From Lachnospiraceae bacterium (lineage in GTDB: Bacteria; Bacillota; Clostridia; Lachnospirales; Lachnospiraceae), in contig JAFTXF010000094.1 of the NCBI GenBank assembly GCA_017461685.1, positions 1 through 36,882 on the forward strand: DNA of 36,882 nucleotides. The letters run 5' to 3'. Position 1 is the stretch's first letter, and each line of letters begins with the position of its first letter. Below are positions 18,415-27,900 of this stretch, piece by piece. The notes beneath the pieces were generated by a model. The model saw only the letters and a program-made list of their open reading frames with translations. It did not search any database and was not told the origin of the DNA. Made by a program: the position numbers and the translations under genes.

Positions 18415-20531
18415 TTAAGCTTGGAATGCTTTTAGAGGAACGGTATGAGATTATCGAGAAAATCGGTACCGGCGGCATGAGTGATGTGTATAGAGCCAAA
18501 GATCATAAATTAAATCGTTTTGTTGCAGTAAAGGTGTTAAAGCAGGAATTCAGTGAGAATGCCAATTTTGTTTCCAAATTTATTGTGGAAGCCCAGGCTG
18601 CAGCGGGACTTATGCATCCGAATATTGTGAATGTATATGATGTAGGTGAGGAAGCAGGCATTCATTATATTATTATGGAGCTTGTGGAAGGCATTACCTT
18701 AAAGAAATATATCGAAAAGAAAGCCAGACTTTCTTTTAAAGAGGCAGTGAGTATTGCGATTCAGGTATCTATGGGTATCGAGGCAGCGCACAATAATCAT
18801 ATTATACACAGAGATATTAAACCGCAGAATATTATTATTTCCAAGGAGGGCAAGGTAAAGGTTACGGACTTTGGTATCGCCAAAGCGGCTACCAGCAACA
18901 CCGTTACTTCTAACGTAATGGGTTCTGTACATTATACCTCACCGGAGCAGGCAAGAGGCGGTTACAGTGATGAAAAGAGCGATGTATATTCTTTGGGTAT
19001 CACATTGTTCGAGATGCTTACCGGTCGTGTGCCTTTTGACGGGGAGACTACAGTGGCGATTGCCATAAAACATATTCAGGAGCCGATGCCGAGCCCGAGA
19101 GAGTATATCAGTGAGATTCCGATAAGTGTAGAACAGATTGTATTAAAATGCTGCCAGAAAGCTGTAGACCGCAGATATCAGTCTATGGGTGCCCTGATTG
19201 AGGATTTAAAGCAGGCGCTCTTAAATCCGGATGAAGATTTTGTCCAGATGGTTGACCCGGAAGAAAGCGGTGCTACCAGAATGATTAATGCCAATGGCTG
19301 GATTGATGAGTATGAGGAAAATCACCGAACCAGAACAGGGCAGGTATCTTCGCCTACAGGTTCTTTAAAACTTCGTACAGACCGGATTCCGGAGGAACTC
19401 TTAGAGAAGGAAGAAGAGGTTGAAGCGCAGGAAGGAAGAGTAGAAAGGGTAACTACCATCGTTATGGCTGTTATCGGTGTATTGATTATATGTATGATTA
19501 TTTTCCTGGCTTCCAAGATTTTTGGATTTTTTGATGCACCAGGTAATAATAGTGCCTACACCGATTCAAACAGTGAATCTAATATTACCACAGAAAGTCT
19601 GATAGAAACCGGAACCATCAGCAGTATCGAGATGATTTCTGTTATTGGAGAAAAAGAGCAGAAAATGGTGCCTATTTTACGTGCCAAAGGTTTAGAAGTG
19701 CAGATTTATGAAGAGGAATCCATGGAATACGAGGCCGGTGTAATTCTGGCTTGCGATGTGGAAGCCGGAACGATTTTAAAAGAGGGCGATGTGGTTGCGA
19801 TTACCGTAAGCACCGGCGCAGGAGCCATTGAAATAGAAAATGTGGCCGGTAAGAGCTATGAAGAGGCAAAAGCAATTTTAGAGCAGCAGGGCTTTATTGT
19901 CAATAAGTCCGAAAGCTACACCAATGAAGTGGCAAAAGGATATGTTATCAGCCAGAATCCGGAAGGCGGCCGTAAAGTTACAAAGGGAACGGCAGTCGCA
20001 CTGGTTGTCAGCCTTGGTGAAGATAAGGTGCGTGTACCTTATGTTATGGGCATGTCTCTTGATATGGCCAAAGCAGAGCTCACTGCGGCAGGCATTAATG
20101 TAGGAACCGTAGAAGAGGCATTCAATGATACTGTAGAAGCCGGTCGGGTTTGCTACCAAAGTTATCCTGTAGGTTCATACATTGAGAAAAATGTCTCTGT
20201 TAATTTACAGATCAGTAAAGGTGCAAAGCCTTCTACGTATTATTTTAAAGGCGAGATAGCAGCGCCTACTGCCACGGAAGCACCGGAATATAAAAACGGT
20301 GATGTGGTGGACGTTTCATTGGTAACAGAGGATGGCAAGATTTTGCTCAGTACTTCTACAAGCACCTTCCCGATTTCAGCTGATTATTCCGGAATGGTAG
20401 TTTCCAAAGGTACCGTCACCATGACGTATTATTACGAAGTAGTGGTGACACCCGCAACAGAGACAACACCTGCGGTAACCGAGAAGCGTTCCAAGAGCTT
20501 TACCAGAGAAGTGACCTTCTTAGAGGAATAG
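18411..20531 (+). CDS. prkC: Ser/Thr protein kinase with three PASTA repeats
   Basis: Hanks kinase motifs (GTGGMSDVY, HRDIKPQN, DFG, SPE), one TM segment, three PASTA-like repeats and a C-terminal beta-rich domain. Confidence 0.85.
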   Translation: MIKLGMLLEERYEIIEKIGTGGMSDVYRAKDHKLNRFVAVKVLKQEFSENANFVSKFIVEAQAAAGLMHPNIVNVYDVGEEAGIHYIIMELVEGITLKKYIEKKARLSFKEAVSIAIQVSMGIEAAHNNHIIHRDIKPQNIIISKEGKVKVTDFGIAKAATSNTVTSNVMGSVHYTSPEQARGGYSDEKSDVYSLGITLFEMLTGRVPFDGETTVAIAIKHIQEPMPSPREYISEIPISVEQIVLKCCQKAVDRRYQSMGALIEDLKQALLNPDEDFVQMVDPEESGATRMINANGWIDEYEENHRTRTGQVSSPTGSLKLRTDRIPEELLEKEEEVEAQEGRVERVTTIVMAVIGVLIICMIIFLASKIFGFFDAPGNNSAYTDSNSESNITTESLIETGTISSIEMISVIGEKEQKMVPILRAKGLEVQIYEEESMEYEAGVILACDVEAGTILKEGDVVAITVSTGAGAIEIENVAGKSYEEAKAILEQQGFIVNKSESYTNEVAKGYVISQNPEGGRKVTKGTAVALVVSLGEDKVRVPYVMGMSLDMAKAELTAAGINVGTVEEAFNDTVEAGRVCYQSYPVGSYIEKNVSVNLQISKGAKPSTYYFKGEIAAPTATEAPEYKNGDVVDVSLVTEDGKILLSTSTSTFPISADYSGMVVSKGTVTMTYYYEVVVTPATETTPAVTEKRSKSFTREVTFLEE

Positions 20532-20534
20532 TAT

Positions 20535-21431
20535 ATGCAGGAGATGTTTAAAGGTAAAATTACCAAGGGAATTGCAGGATTTTATTATGTGTACATACCC
20601 GGAAAGGGGATGTACGAGTGCAAGGCCAAGGGTATTTTCCGTAAAGATAACGTAAAGCCTCTGGTTGGAGATGATGTTTCCGTACAGGTTCTGTCCGAAG
20701 AGGAAATGACCGGTAATATATGCGAAATATTGCCGAGAAAGAGCAGCCTTATCCGTCCGGCAGTGGCCAATATTGACCAGGCCCTTGTGATATTTGCGAT
20801 TCGCAAGCCGGATGTGAATTTGAATCTGCTGGACCGTTTTCTGATTCAAATGGAGCAGCAGGGACTGGAAACGATTATTTGTTTTAACAAGGCTGATCTG
20901 GAGAATACGGAGGGACCAAGCAGTCAAAAGCTGGCGGAAATTTATTCCAAAGCAGGCTATCGGACATTGGTAGTCAGTGCTACCGAGGATGTCGGCATTG
21001 ACCGGATACTTGCCTGCTTAAAAGGAAAGACTACGACGGTAGCAGGACCAAGCGGCGTGGGCAAGTCTACCCTAATTAACCGGTTGCAGTCCGATACCAG
21101 GATGGAAACCGGCAGCATCAGTACAAAGATTGAGCGCGGCAAGCATACTACCCGCCACAGTCAGCTGATACCGATTTCAGAGGATACCTATATTCTGGAT
21201 ACGCCGGGTTTTAGTTCTCTGTCGGTTTTCGATATGGAGAAGGAGGAACTGGAGGCCTATTACGAGGAATTCCAGGCATTGACTGCAGGCTGCAAGTTTA
21301 CCGGTTGCTCCCATATTCATGAACCGGTGTGCGGTGTAAAGGAGGGGCTGAAAACGGGACAGGTCAGTGCAGAACGCTATGAGAATTACAAGCTGATATA
21401 TAGCGAGCTTGCGCAGCGGAAGAAATATTGA
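20535..21431 (+). CDS. rsgA: ribosome small-subunit-dependent GTPase A
   Basis: Circularly permuted GTPase (NKADL, GPSGVGKST) and a zinc knuckle CKFTGCSHIHEPVCGV. Confidence 0.85.
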   Translation: MQEMFKGKITKGIAGFYYVYIPGKGMYECKAKGIFRKDNVKPLVGDDVSVQVLSEEEMTGNICEILPRKSSLIRPAVANIDQALVIFAIRKPDVNLNLLDRFLIQMEQQGLETIICFNKADLENTEGPSSQKLAEIYSKAGYRTLVVSATEDVGIDRILACLKGKTTTVAGPSGVGKSTLINRLQSDTRMETGSISTKIERGKHTTRHSQLIPISEDTYILDTPGFSSLSVFDMEKEELEAYYEEFQALTAGCKFTGCSHIHEPVCGVKEGLKTGQVSAERYENYKLIYSELAQRKKY

Positions 21432-21503
21432 GTCAAACAGAGGTTAAGGGGCGTATTTTCGCACCACTTTCCGACGATATATCGTCCGTTGCTCCACTTT
21501 ATT

Positions 21504-21621
21504 ACACGGCGAGATTTTTATCAAATTATAGGGGCAGACATATAGGCCGAAAACACGCTCATCGCGAATCATTTTCGGCCTATATGTCTGCCCCTATAAT
21601 TTGACAAAAATCTCGCCATGT
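21504..21621. repeat. 50-bp near-perfect inverted repeat with 18-nt loop
   Basis: Arms 21504-21553 / 21572-21621 pair at 48 of 50 positions. The loop is CACGCTCATCGCGAATCA. Confidence 0.8.
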
Positions 21622-21773
21622 ATTGATAGCCCTTCCATGATTTACCGGTTTATTTTTCCTCACCATTGTGCTAGAATACTCCTTGTAACAAATACGTAAC
21701 AATTCTGTAATAATAACGAAATGAATATACGAGATAGATTGTTACAAAGAATCACAAAGGAGGTATTTTCACA

Positions 21774-22700
21774 ATGAGGAAAATCACATATTTGGCTACA
21801 GCAGCATTAATGGGGGCTACAATCATGGCGACTCCGATGCAGGCGATGGCAGCAAGACCGTTACAGGGGGTAGGTACGAATCGGACAAACATCACAAGTA
21901 TTTTTTCGGGATGCGATGTAATAACGGGAAATTCCAATTTCCTGAAGGATTATCTGGGAAATTGCCAGTGGGGAAATGTACAAATTATTACTATTCCGTG
22001 TTTGCCGGGCAACCAACCGGAAACGGAAGAACCGGGCGCGGAAGACAATAACCAACCTAATAAACCGGACGTGGAGGATGACAATCAGACCAATAAGCCG
22101 GATGTGGAAGACGATAATCAGTCAAATCAGCCGGGTGTAGAGGATAATAATCAGACCAATAAACCGGACGTGGAAGATAATAACCAGACCGGTCAGCCGG
22201 GTGTAGAGGACAATAATCAGACCAATAAGCCGGATGTAGAGGACAACAATCAGTCCAACAAGCCGGGGGTAGAAGACGATAATCAGTCCAACAAGCCGGG
22301 CACAGAGGATTCTGAGCAGTCCATGCATGCTTATGTACTGCGTGTTGTGGAACTGGTAAATGAAGAGCGTGCAAAGGCAGGTTTGAATCCCCTTACCATA
22401 AAAGAAGATGTGACTGAAGCGGCTCAGGTACGTGCAGTGGAGTGTACCACTATGTTCTCTCATACCAGACCGAATGGAACAAGCTTTGTTACGGCACTGA
22501 AGGAGGCAGGTGTCAACTACCGCGGAGCCGGTGAAAATATTGCCTGGGGACAGAAGACTCCGGAACAGGTTATGGAGGCCTGGATGAACAGTTCGGGACA
22601 CCGAGCCAATATCTTGAATGAAAAATACACATCTATTGGTGTGGGTTACTACCAGAACGCATCCGGCGTGAATTACTGGTCACAGTTGTTTACTTATTAA
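21774..22700 (+). CDS. secreted CAP/SCP (YkwD-like) domain protein with an acidic repeat linker
   Basis: Signal-peptide-like N-terminus, an 11-aa repeat block, and a C-terminal CAP motif set (NEERAKAGLNPL...GENIAWGQ...WMNSSGHRANIL...GVGYY). AAAGGAGG RBS. Confidence 0.75.
   Translation: MRKITYLATAALMGATIMATPMQAMAARPLQGVGTNRTNITSIFSGCDVITGNSNFLKDYLGNCQWGNVQIITIPCLPGNQPETEEPGAEDNNQPNKPDVEDDNQTNKPDVEDDNQSNQPGVEDNNQTNKPDVEDNNQTGQPGVEDNNQTNKPDVEDNNQSNKPGVEDDNQSNKPGTEDSEQSMHAYVLRVVELVNEERAKAGLNPLTIKEDVTEAAQVRAVECTTMFSHTRPNGTSFVTALKEAGVNYRGAGENIAWGQKTPEQVMEAWMNSSGHRANILNEKYTSIGVGYYQNASGVNYWSQLFTY
22032..22322 (+). repeat. 33-nt in-frame tandem repeats (about 8.8 units) encoding NKPDVEDDNQT-like units
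   Basis: Units start at 22059, 22092, 22125, 22158, 22191, 22224, 22257 and 22290, with a partial unit from 22032. Confidence 0.85.
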
Positions 22701-22787
22701 AATAACAGTACCACAGTTTACAGGATGAGGCTGGTATGCAGCAGCCAACAAAAATACAGGGCGCATTGAGGGAATTGATTAGAAAAG

Positions 22788-22819
22788 GGCAGGGAGCAAT
22801 CCTTGCCGCTTTTCATTTT
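22788..22819 (+). terminator. intrinsic terminator after the CAP gene
   Basis: Stem GGCAGGGA / TCCTTGCC with a GCAA loop, then GCTTTTCATTTT. Confidence 0.6.
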
Positions 22820-22889
22820 ATAGGAAGGAACATTTGGAAAGTTGGTGCCGTACTTAAGGGCTTTATGATTTATTTATAAATTCTTCACA

Positions 22890-22948
22890 ATCTGGAACGC
22901 ATCTGGAACTCTCCTGTCATTTTTGTGGAACAGTCTCGCTGTTATAAT
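22890..22948 (+). promoter_or_regulatory. candidate fab/acc operon promoter with three phased TGGAAC motifs
   Basis: ATCTGGAAC at 22890 and 22901; TGGAAC again at 22926 (11- and 22-nt phasing); TGTTATAAT extended -10 at 22940-22948. Confidence 0.3.
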
Positions 22949-23004
22949 AAATCCCAACGGGCAGAGGAAATCTGTTCAAAAAAATTTATTGGAGGCATAT
23001 GATT

Positions 23005-23226
23005 ATGTACTTTGAAGCTATCGCTAAAATTGTTGCAGAACGTACCGGTTGTGACGTTGCTGCCGTAAAACCTGAAAGCAAGTTCGCTGAGCTTGGTATT
23101 GATTCTCTGGATACTGTAGAACTTTTGATGAGTCTGGAAGACGAAATCGGCATTGAAATCGAATTGGATCAGAAAGTAGAAACAGTAAACGATTTGGATA
23201 AATTCATTCAGAGCAAAGTGGGTTAA
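23005..23226 (+). CDS. acpP: acyl carrier protein
   Basis: LGIDSLDTVEL phosphopantetheine-serine motif. ATG 23005 sits 9 nt after GGAGG; the track start 22999 is only 3 nt after it. Confidence 0.85.
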   Translation: MYFEAIAKIVAERTGCDVAAVKPESKFAELGIDSLDTVELLMSLEDEIGIEIELDQKVETVNDLDKFIQSKVG

Positions 23227-23230
23227 TACT

Positions 23231-24175
23231 ATGATTAAGTCAGAGATTTGTGAATTGTTGGGTATTAAATACCCGGTATTTCAAGGTGGTATGGCTTGGA
23301 TCGCTGACGGTAAACTGGCCGCTGCCGTGTCCGAAGGCGGCGGCCTTGGTATTATTGCGGCAGGAAATGCTCCCGGTGCATATGTCAGGGAGCAGGTAAA
23401 AATCGCCAAGTCTCTTACCCAAAAACCAATTGGGGTAAATATTATGCTTATGAGTCCGTTTGCGGACGAGGTTGCACAAGTTGTTATAGAAGAGAAAGTA
23501 GAGGTTGTGACCACAGGTGCCGGCAACCCTTCCAAATATATGAATGCATGGAAAGAAGTCGGCATCAAGGTGATTCCGGTGGTGGCTTCTGTTGCCATGG
23601 CAAAGCTGATGACCAGACTTGGAGCTAGCGCACTGATTGCAGAAGGCGGTGAAAGCGGCGGTCATGTAGGTGAGCTTACTACCATGGTGTTAGTGCCTCA
23701 GATTTGCGATGCTACCGATTTACCGGTGATTGCTGCCGGCGGTATTGCAGATGGCAGAGGGGTTGCGGCTTCTTTTATGTTAGGAGCCTGTGGCGTGCAA
23801 ATGGGTACCCGTTTCTTGAGTGCCTATGAGTGCACCATTCATCCAAGTTATAAGGAAAAAATCATTAAAGCTACGGATCTCTGCACTATGGTTACCGGCA
23901 AACGTTTGGGTCATCCTGTTCGCAGCCTGCGTACCAAGTTTGCAAGAGATTATTCCAAAGCAGAATACGGCGGTATGCCGGACGAAGAATTGGAGGCATT
24001 GGCAACCGGCGCCTTACGTCTGGCAGTACAGGAAGGAGACAACGAAAAAGGCTGTTTCCTGGCAGGCCAAATCGCTGCAATGGTTCGTAAAGAACAGCCT
24101 GCTGTTGAGATTATAAAGGAAGTGATGGAGGAGGCAGAGCCAATCCTTCTGAGGGCGTCACAATGGGTAAAATAG
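23231..24175 (+). CDS. fabK: enoyl-ACP reductase FabK (FMN, nitronate-monooxygenase fold)
   Basis: YPVFQGGMAWI and GGESGGH motifs; position between acpP and fabD. Confidence 0.8.
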   Translation: MIKSEICELLGIKYPVFQGGMAWIADGKLAAAVSEGGGLGIIAAGNAPGAYVREQVKIAKSLTQKPIGVNIMLMSPFADEVAQVVIEEKVEVVTTGAGNPSKYMNAWKEVGIKVIPVVASVAMAKLMTRLGASALIAEGGESGGHVGELTTMVLVPQICDATDLPVIAAGGIADGRGVAASFMLGACGVQMGTRFLSAYECTIHPSYKEKIIKATDLCTMVTGKRLGHPVRSLRTKFARDYSKAEYGGMPDEELEALATGALRLAVQEGDNEKGCFLAGQIAAMVRKEQPAVEIIKEVMEEAEPILLRASQWVK

Positions 24176-25062
24176 CATTTGTGTTTTCGGGTCAGGGTGA
24201 CCAATATCCCGGAATGGGCAAAGAATTTGCCGAGAAATATTCGGTGGCCGCATCTGTTTATGAGATGTGCGACCGGTTACGTCCCGGTACATCCTCCCAG
24301 TGTTTTTACGGCACGGAAGAAGAATTAAAAGAAACTCAAAATACACAGCCCTGCCTTTTTGCTTTTGAATTAGCAGCGACAGCGGTGTTAGAAGATAAAG
24401 GAATAAAGCCGGACACAGTTGCAGGTTTTTCTCTGGGTGAGGTGACAGCAGCAACGGTTGCAGGAGTCTTCAGCAAGGAAATCGGCTTTCAGCTTGTATG
24501 CAAGCGTGGTGAACTGATGCAGCGTGAGGCTGAAAAATTTGATACTGCAATGGCAGCTGTGGTAAAGCTGACAAAGGAACAGGTACAGGAAGTTTGCAGC
24601 AAATATTCGGATGTATATCCTGTAAATTTCAACTGTCCGGGACAGGTCACGGTATCCGGCCTGGCTTCTCAGATGTCTGATTTTTCTGCAGATGTAAAAG
24701 CAGCCGGAGGCAGAGCTATTCCGTTAAAGGTTAAAGGTGCCTTTCATTCTCCGTTTATGAAGGAGGCAGCAAAGGATTTTGCGGAAGAGCTGGCACAGGC
24801 TGAAATCAGGAATAGAACAGTTCCGTTATATTCAAACATGACGGCTGAGGTTTATACAGAGGATGTTGTGAGCCTTTTGTCCGGACAGATCTGCAGTCCG
24901 GTACAGTGGGAGAGCATTATTCGTAATATGATTGCCGACGGTGTGGATATCTTCATCGAAATCGGCCCGGGCAAGACACTTACCAATATGATTAAGAAGA
25001 TAGATGACAAAGTTACTGCAAAGACAGTAATTGAGTATTTAACGGAGGTAGAAACATGTTAA
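24163..25062 (+). CDS. fabD: malonyl-CoA:ACP transacylase
   Basis: FVFSGQGDQYPGMG and GFSLGE active-site serine motif. Confidence 0.9.
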   Translation: MGKIAFVFSGQGDQYPGMGKEFAEKYSVAASVYEMCDRLRPGTSSQCFYGTEEELKETQNTQPCLFAFELAATAVLEDKGIKPDTVAGFSLGEVTAATVAGVFSKEIGFQLVCKRGELMQREAEKFDTAMAAVVKLTKEQVQEVCSKYSDVYPVNFNCPGQVTVSGLASQMSDFSADVKAAGGRAIPLKVKGAFHSPFMKEAAKDFAEELAQAEIRNRTVPLYSNMTAEVYTEDVVSLLSGQICSPVQWESIIRNMIADGVDIFIEIGPGKTLTNMIKKIDDKVTAKTVIEYLTEVETC

Positions 25063-25784
25063 AGGGTAAAGTAGCAGTTGTTACCGGAGGCTCCCGCGGC
25101 CTTGGAGAAGCAATTGTTTATAAGTTGGCATCTATGGGAGCTGATATCGCTATTGTAGATATCGGTGATCCTGCCCTTGCAGATCCTGTTTGCGCAAAAT
25201 GTGAGCAGGAATATAAAGTAGAAGCAAAAGCGTATCAGTGCGATGTGTCCAATTTTGATGCAGTGAAAGAGGTAGTTGCCCTGATCAAAGCGGACTTCGG
25301 TACAGTACATATTTTAGTAAATAATGCAGGCATCACCCGTGACGGCCTGGTTGCCATGATGAAGGAAGAAGATTTCGACAAAGTAATTGCAGTAAATCTG
25401 AAGGGTGCCTTCAATATGATTCGCCACACTACCGGGTTGTTCATCCGTAACCGCGAAGGCTGTATTATCAATATTGCCTCTGTTGCAGGCCTTATGGGCA
25501 ATGCAGGACAGTGTAATTATGCAGCTTCCAAAGCAGGTCTTGTGGGGCTCACCAAAACCGTGGCCAAAGAGCTTGCGCCAAAAGGAGTGCGCTGTAATGC
25601 CATTGCACCGGGCTTTATTGCAACTGACATGACCGGAAATCAGACAGAAAACCCGTTGCTTAAAATGATTCCATTAGGCAAAATGGGGGAGGCAGATGAC
25701 GTGGCAGAGGCTGCAGGTTATCTGGTAACTGCCAAATATGTAACCGGCGAAGTGCTCCGTGTGGACGGCGGAATCGCTATGTAA
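25056..25784 (+). CDS. fabG: 3-oxoacyl-ACP reductase
   Basis: SDR motifs TGGSRGLG, NNAG and YAASK. Confidence 0.9.
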   Translation: MLKGKVAVVTGGSRGLGEAIVYKLASMGADIAIVDIGDPALADPVCAKCEQEYKVEAKAYQCDVSNFDAVKEVVALIKADFGTVHILVNNAGITRDGLVAMMKEEDFDKVIAVNLKGAFNMIRHTTGLFIRNREGCIINIASVAGLMGNAGQCNYAASKAGLVGLTKTVAKELAPKGVRCNAIAPGFIATDMTGNQTENPLLKMIPLGKMGEADDVAEAAGYLVTAKYVTGEVLRVDGGIAM

Positions 25785-25795
25785 GGAGAAGGAAT

Positions 25796-27034
25796 ATGAG
25801 CGAAAACAGAAGAGTTGTTGTTACCGGTCTAGGTGCAATCACCCCTGTGGGAAATAATGTAAAGGATACCTGGGAGAGCTTAAAAGCCGGAAAAAACGGT
25901 ATTACTCCCATTACCCTTTTTGATACAGAGAAATTCAAGGCAAAATTAGGTGCAGAAGTAAAGGGATTTGACCCGAAGGAATATCTGGAGGTAAACGAAA
26001 TCCTTCGTACCGACCGCTATGCCCAGTTTGCTGTTGCTGCAGCAGAGCAGGCAGTAAAAGAAAGCGGTGTGGAAGGTACAGTGGCACCGGAGCGTTTTGC
26101 AGTGCAGTTTGGTACGGGAATTGGCGGAATCAGCACCTTTGAAAATGAACATACAAAGCTTATGGAGAAGGGCCCTCGCCGCGTTTCTTCTTTGTTTGTA
26201 CCAATGATGATTTCCAATATGGCAGCAGGCATGATTGCTATCCGTCACGATTGCCGCGGTTCTGCTATGCCTGCAGTTACTGCCTGTGCATCAGGCTCTA
26301 ATGCCATTGGTGAAGCTATGCGTCTGATTCGCCACGGGTATGCCGATGCAGTAATCACCGGTGGAGCAGAAGCATCTATTCGTCCTATGGCTGTTGCAGG
26401 TTTTGTCAATATGCAGGCTTTGTCTACATCAGAAAACCCTGACGAAGCATCGTTGCCTTTTGATAAGCGTAGAGGCGGTTTTGTGATCGGAGAAGGAGCA
26501 GTCGCCCTGGTTTTAGAGGAATATGAACATGCAAAGGCCCGTGGCGCCAAGATTTACGGCGAGATTTGCGGCTACGGTTCTACCTGTGATGCGTACCACA
26601 TCACAGCACCTCATCCGGAAGCCAGAGGCGGTGCTCAGGCTATGATGGATGCCATGAAGGAAGCCGGTTATACCGAAAAGGATACGGTATATGTAAATGC
26701 ACATGGTACCGGTACTCCTATGAATGATATGATTGAAACCGTGGCCATAAAGAAGGCACTCGGGGAAAAGGCGGCAAGAAAGGCTTATGTAAGCTCTACA
26801 AAGTCTATGACCGGTCATATGTTAGGTGCTGCAGGTGCAATAGAGGCATTGGCTTGTCTGTTTGCTTTACAGGAAGGTGTGATTCCACCGACTATTAATC
26901 TGAAGGAGCAGGATGAGGCCTGTGACCTGAACTGTGTGCCGTGTGAAGCAGTAAAGGCAGAGATTACGTTGGCGCTGTCCAATTCTCTCGGTTTTGGCGG
27001 TCATAATGCTTGTCTTGCTTTTAGAAAGGTGTAA
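25796..27034 (+). CDS. fabF: 3-oxoacyl-ACP synthase II
   Basis: TACASG active-site Cys, the HGTGT and GHMLGAAG His motifs; 412 aa. Confidence 0.9.
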   Translation: MSENRRVVVTGLGAITPVGNNVKDTWESLKAGKNGITPITLFDTEKFKAKLGAEVKGFDPKEYLEVNEILRTDRYAQFAVAAAEQAVKESGVEGTVAPERFAVQFGTGIGGISTFENEHTKLMEKGPRRVSSLFVPMMISNMAAGMIAIRHDCRGSAMPAVTACASGSNAIGEAMRLIRHGYADAVITGGAEASIRPMAVAGFVNMQALSTSENPDEASLPFDKRRGGFVIGEGAVALVLEEYEHAKARGAKIYGEICGYGSTCDAYHITAPHPEARGGAQAMMDAMKEAGYTEKDTVYVNAHGTGTPMNDMIETVAIKKALGEKAARKAYVSSTKSMTGHMLGAAGAIEALACLFALQEGVIPPTINLKEQDEACDLNCVPCEAVKAEITLALSNSLGFGGHNACLAFRKV

Positions 27035-27037
27035 GGT

Positions 27038-27469
27038 ATGAACGAGACAGATATTCGCAAATATGCGGTTCTGATGCAGGAGTTGGGACTTACCGGTCTG
27101 GAAATTACCGAAGGAACTAAGGCAGTTCGTCTGGATCGCAGCGCACCTGTAACCGTGACAGAAACAATTGCAGTTCCCGGGGATTTAGCAGTTTCCAGAG
27201 ATTCTTCTGACGGACAAAAAGAAAATAAAAATTATATCAGTGTAAAATCTCCGGTTGTGGGTGTATTTTATGCGGCTCCGACCGAAAATGTCAGCCCTTA
27301 TGTGGCTATCGGCGACCGTGTGCAAAAGGGACAGATTCTCTGCATTGTGGAAGCTATGAAGCTCATGAATGAAATTGCTGCAGAAGAAGATGGTGTGATT
27401 ACGGAGATTTGCGTTACAAATGGTCAGGTAGTAGAATTCGGCACAGAATTATTCCGAATGAGAAAATAA
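27038..27469 (+). CDS. accB: biotin carboxyl carrier protein
   Basis: EAMKLMNEI biotinyl-lysine motif. Confidence 0.9.
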   Translation: MNETDIRKYAVLMQELGLTGLEITEGTKAVRLDRSAPVTVTETIAVPGDLAVSRDSSDGQKENKNYISVKSPVVGVFYAAPTENVSPYVAIGDRVQKGQILCIVEAMKLMNEIAAEEDGVITEICVTNGQVVEFGTELFRMRK

Positions 27470-27480
27470 AGAAGGTAACA

Positions 27481-27897
27481 ATGAATAAAGACGAAATTAT
27501 GAAAATATTGCCTCACAGAGATAACATGCTCTTATTAGATGAGGTAGAAAATAAAGACGGCAATGCCGTTGGACATTATACTGTTCGCGGAGATGAGTTT
27601 TTTTTAAATGGTCATTTTCCGGGAAACCCTATTGTTCCGGGTGTTATTTTGTGTGAAATTCTGGCACAGTCTGCCTGTGTTTTATTGCAGGATGCCATGG
27701 ACGAAGGAAAGCTTCCGGTTTACACAGGCTTAAATAACGTGAAATTCCGTTCTCCGGTAAAACCCGGCGATACCATGGAAACCCGGTGCCATATTAAAAG
27801 AGCAAAGCATCCTTTTTACTTTGCAGAAGGTACGGTTACCGTGGAAGGAAGACTTTGCGTATCCGCTGAATTTTCATTCTGTATCACAGGAGCGTAG
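27481..27897 (+). CDS. fabZ: 3-hydroxyacyl-ACP dehydratase
   Basis: LPHRDNMLLLD and GHFPGNPIVPGVILCE motifs. ATG 27481 follows GAAGG; the track extension to 27409 overlaps accB. Confidence 0.9.
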   Translation: MNKDEIMKILPHRDNMLLLDEVENKDGNAVGHYTVRGDEFFLNGHFPGNPIVPGVILCEILAQSACVLLQDAMDEGKLPVYTGLNNVKFRSPVKPGDTMETRCHIKRAKHPFYFAEGTVTVEGRLCVSAEFSFCITGA

Positions 27898-27900
27898 ATT

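Noticed and set aside
22057-22601. Minus-strand ORFs 22057-22374 and 22122-22601
   Set aside because: They are open only because the 33-nt repeats lack stops in several frames. They are antisense to the CAP protein gene, which has a signal peptide, an RBS and a conserved domain.
22736-22879. 47-aa ORF (MQQPTKIQGALRELIRKG...) between the CAP gene and acpP
   Set aside because: It has only a weak RBS, and the CAP gene terminator hairpin and T-tract (22788-22819) lie inside it. There is no other support.
27409-27480. Upstream extension of fabZ overlapping accB
   Set aside because: It uses a non-ATG start inside accB. ATG 27481 follows an RBS and yields the canonical MNKDEIMKILPHRDNMLLLD FabZ N-terminus.
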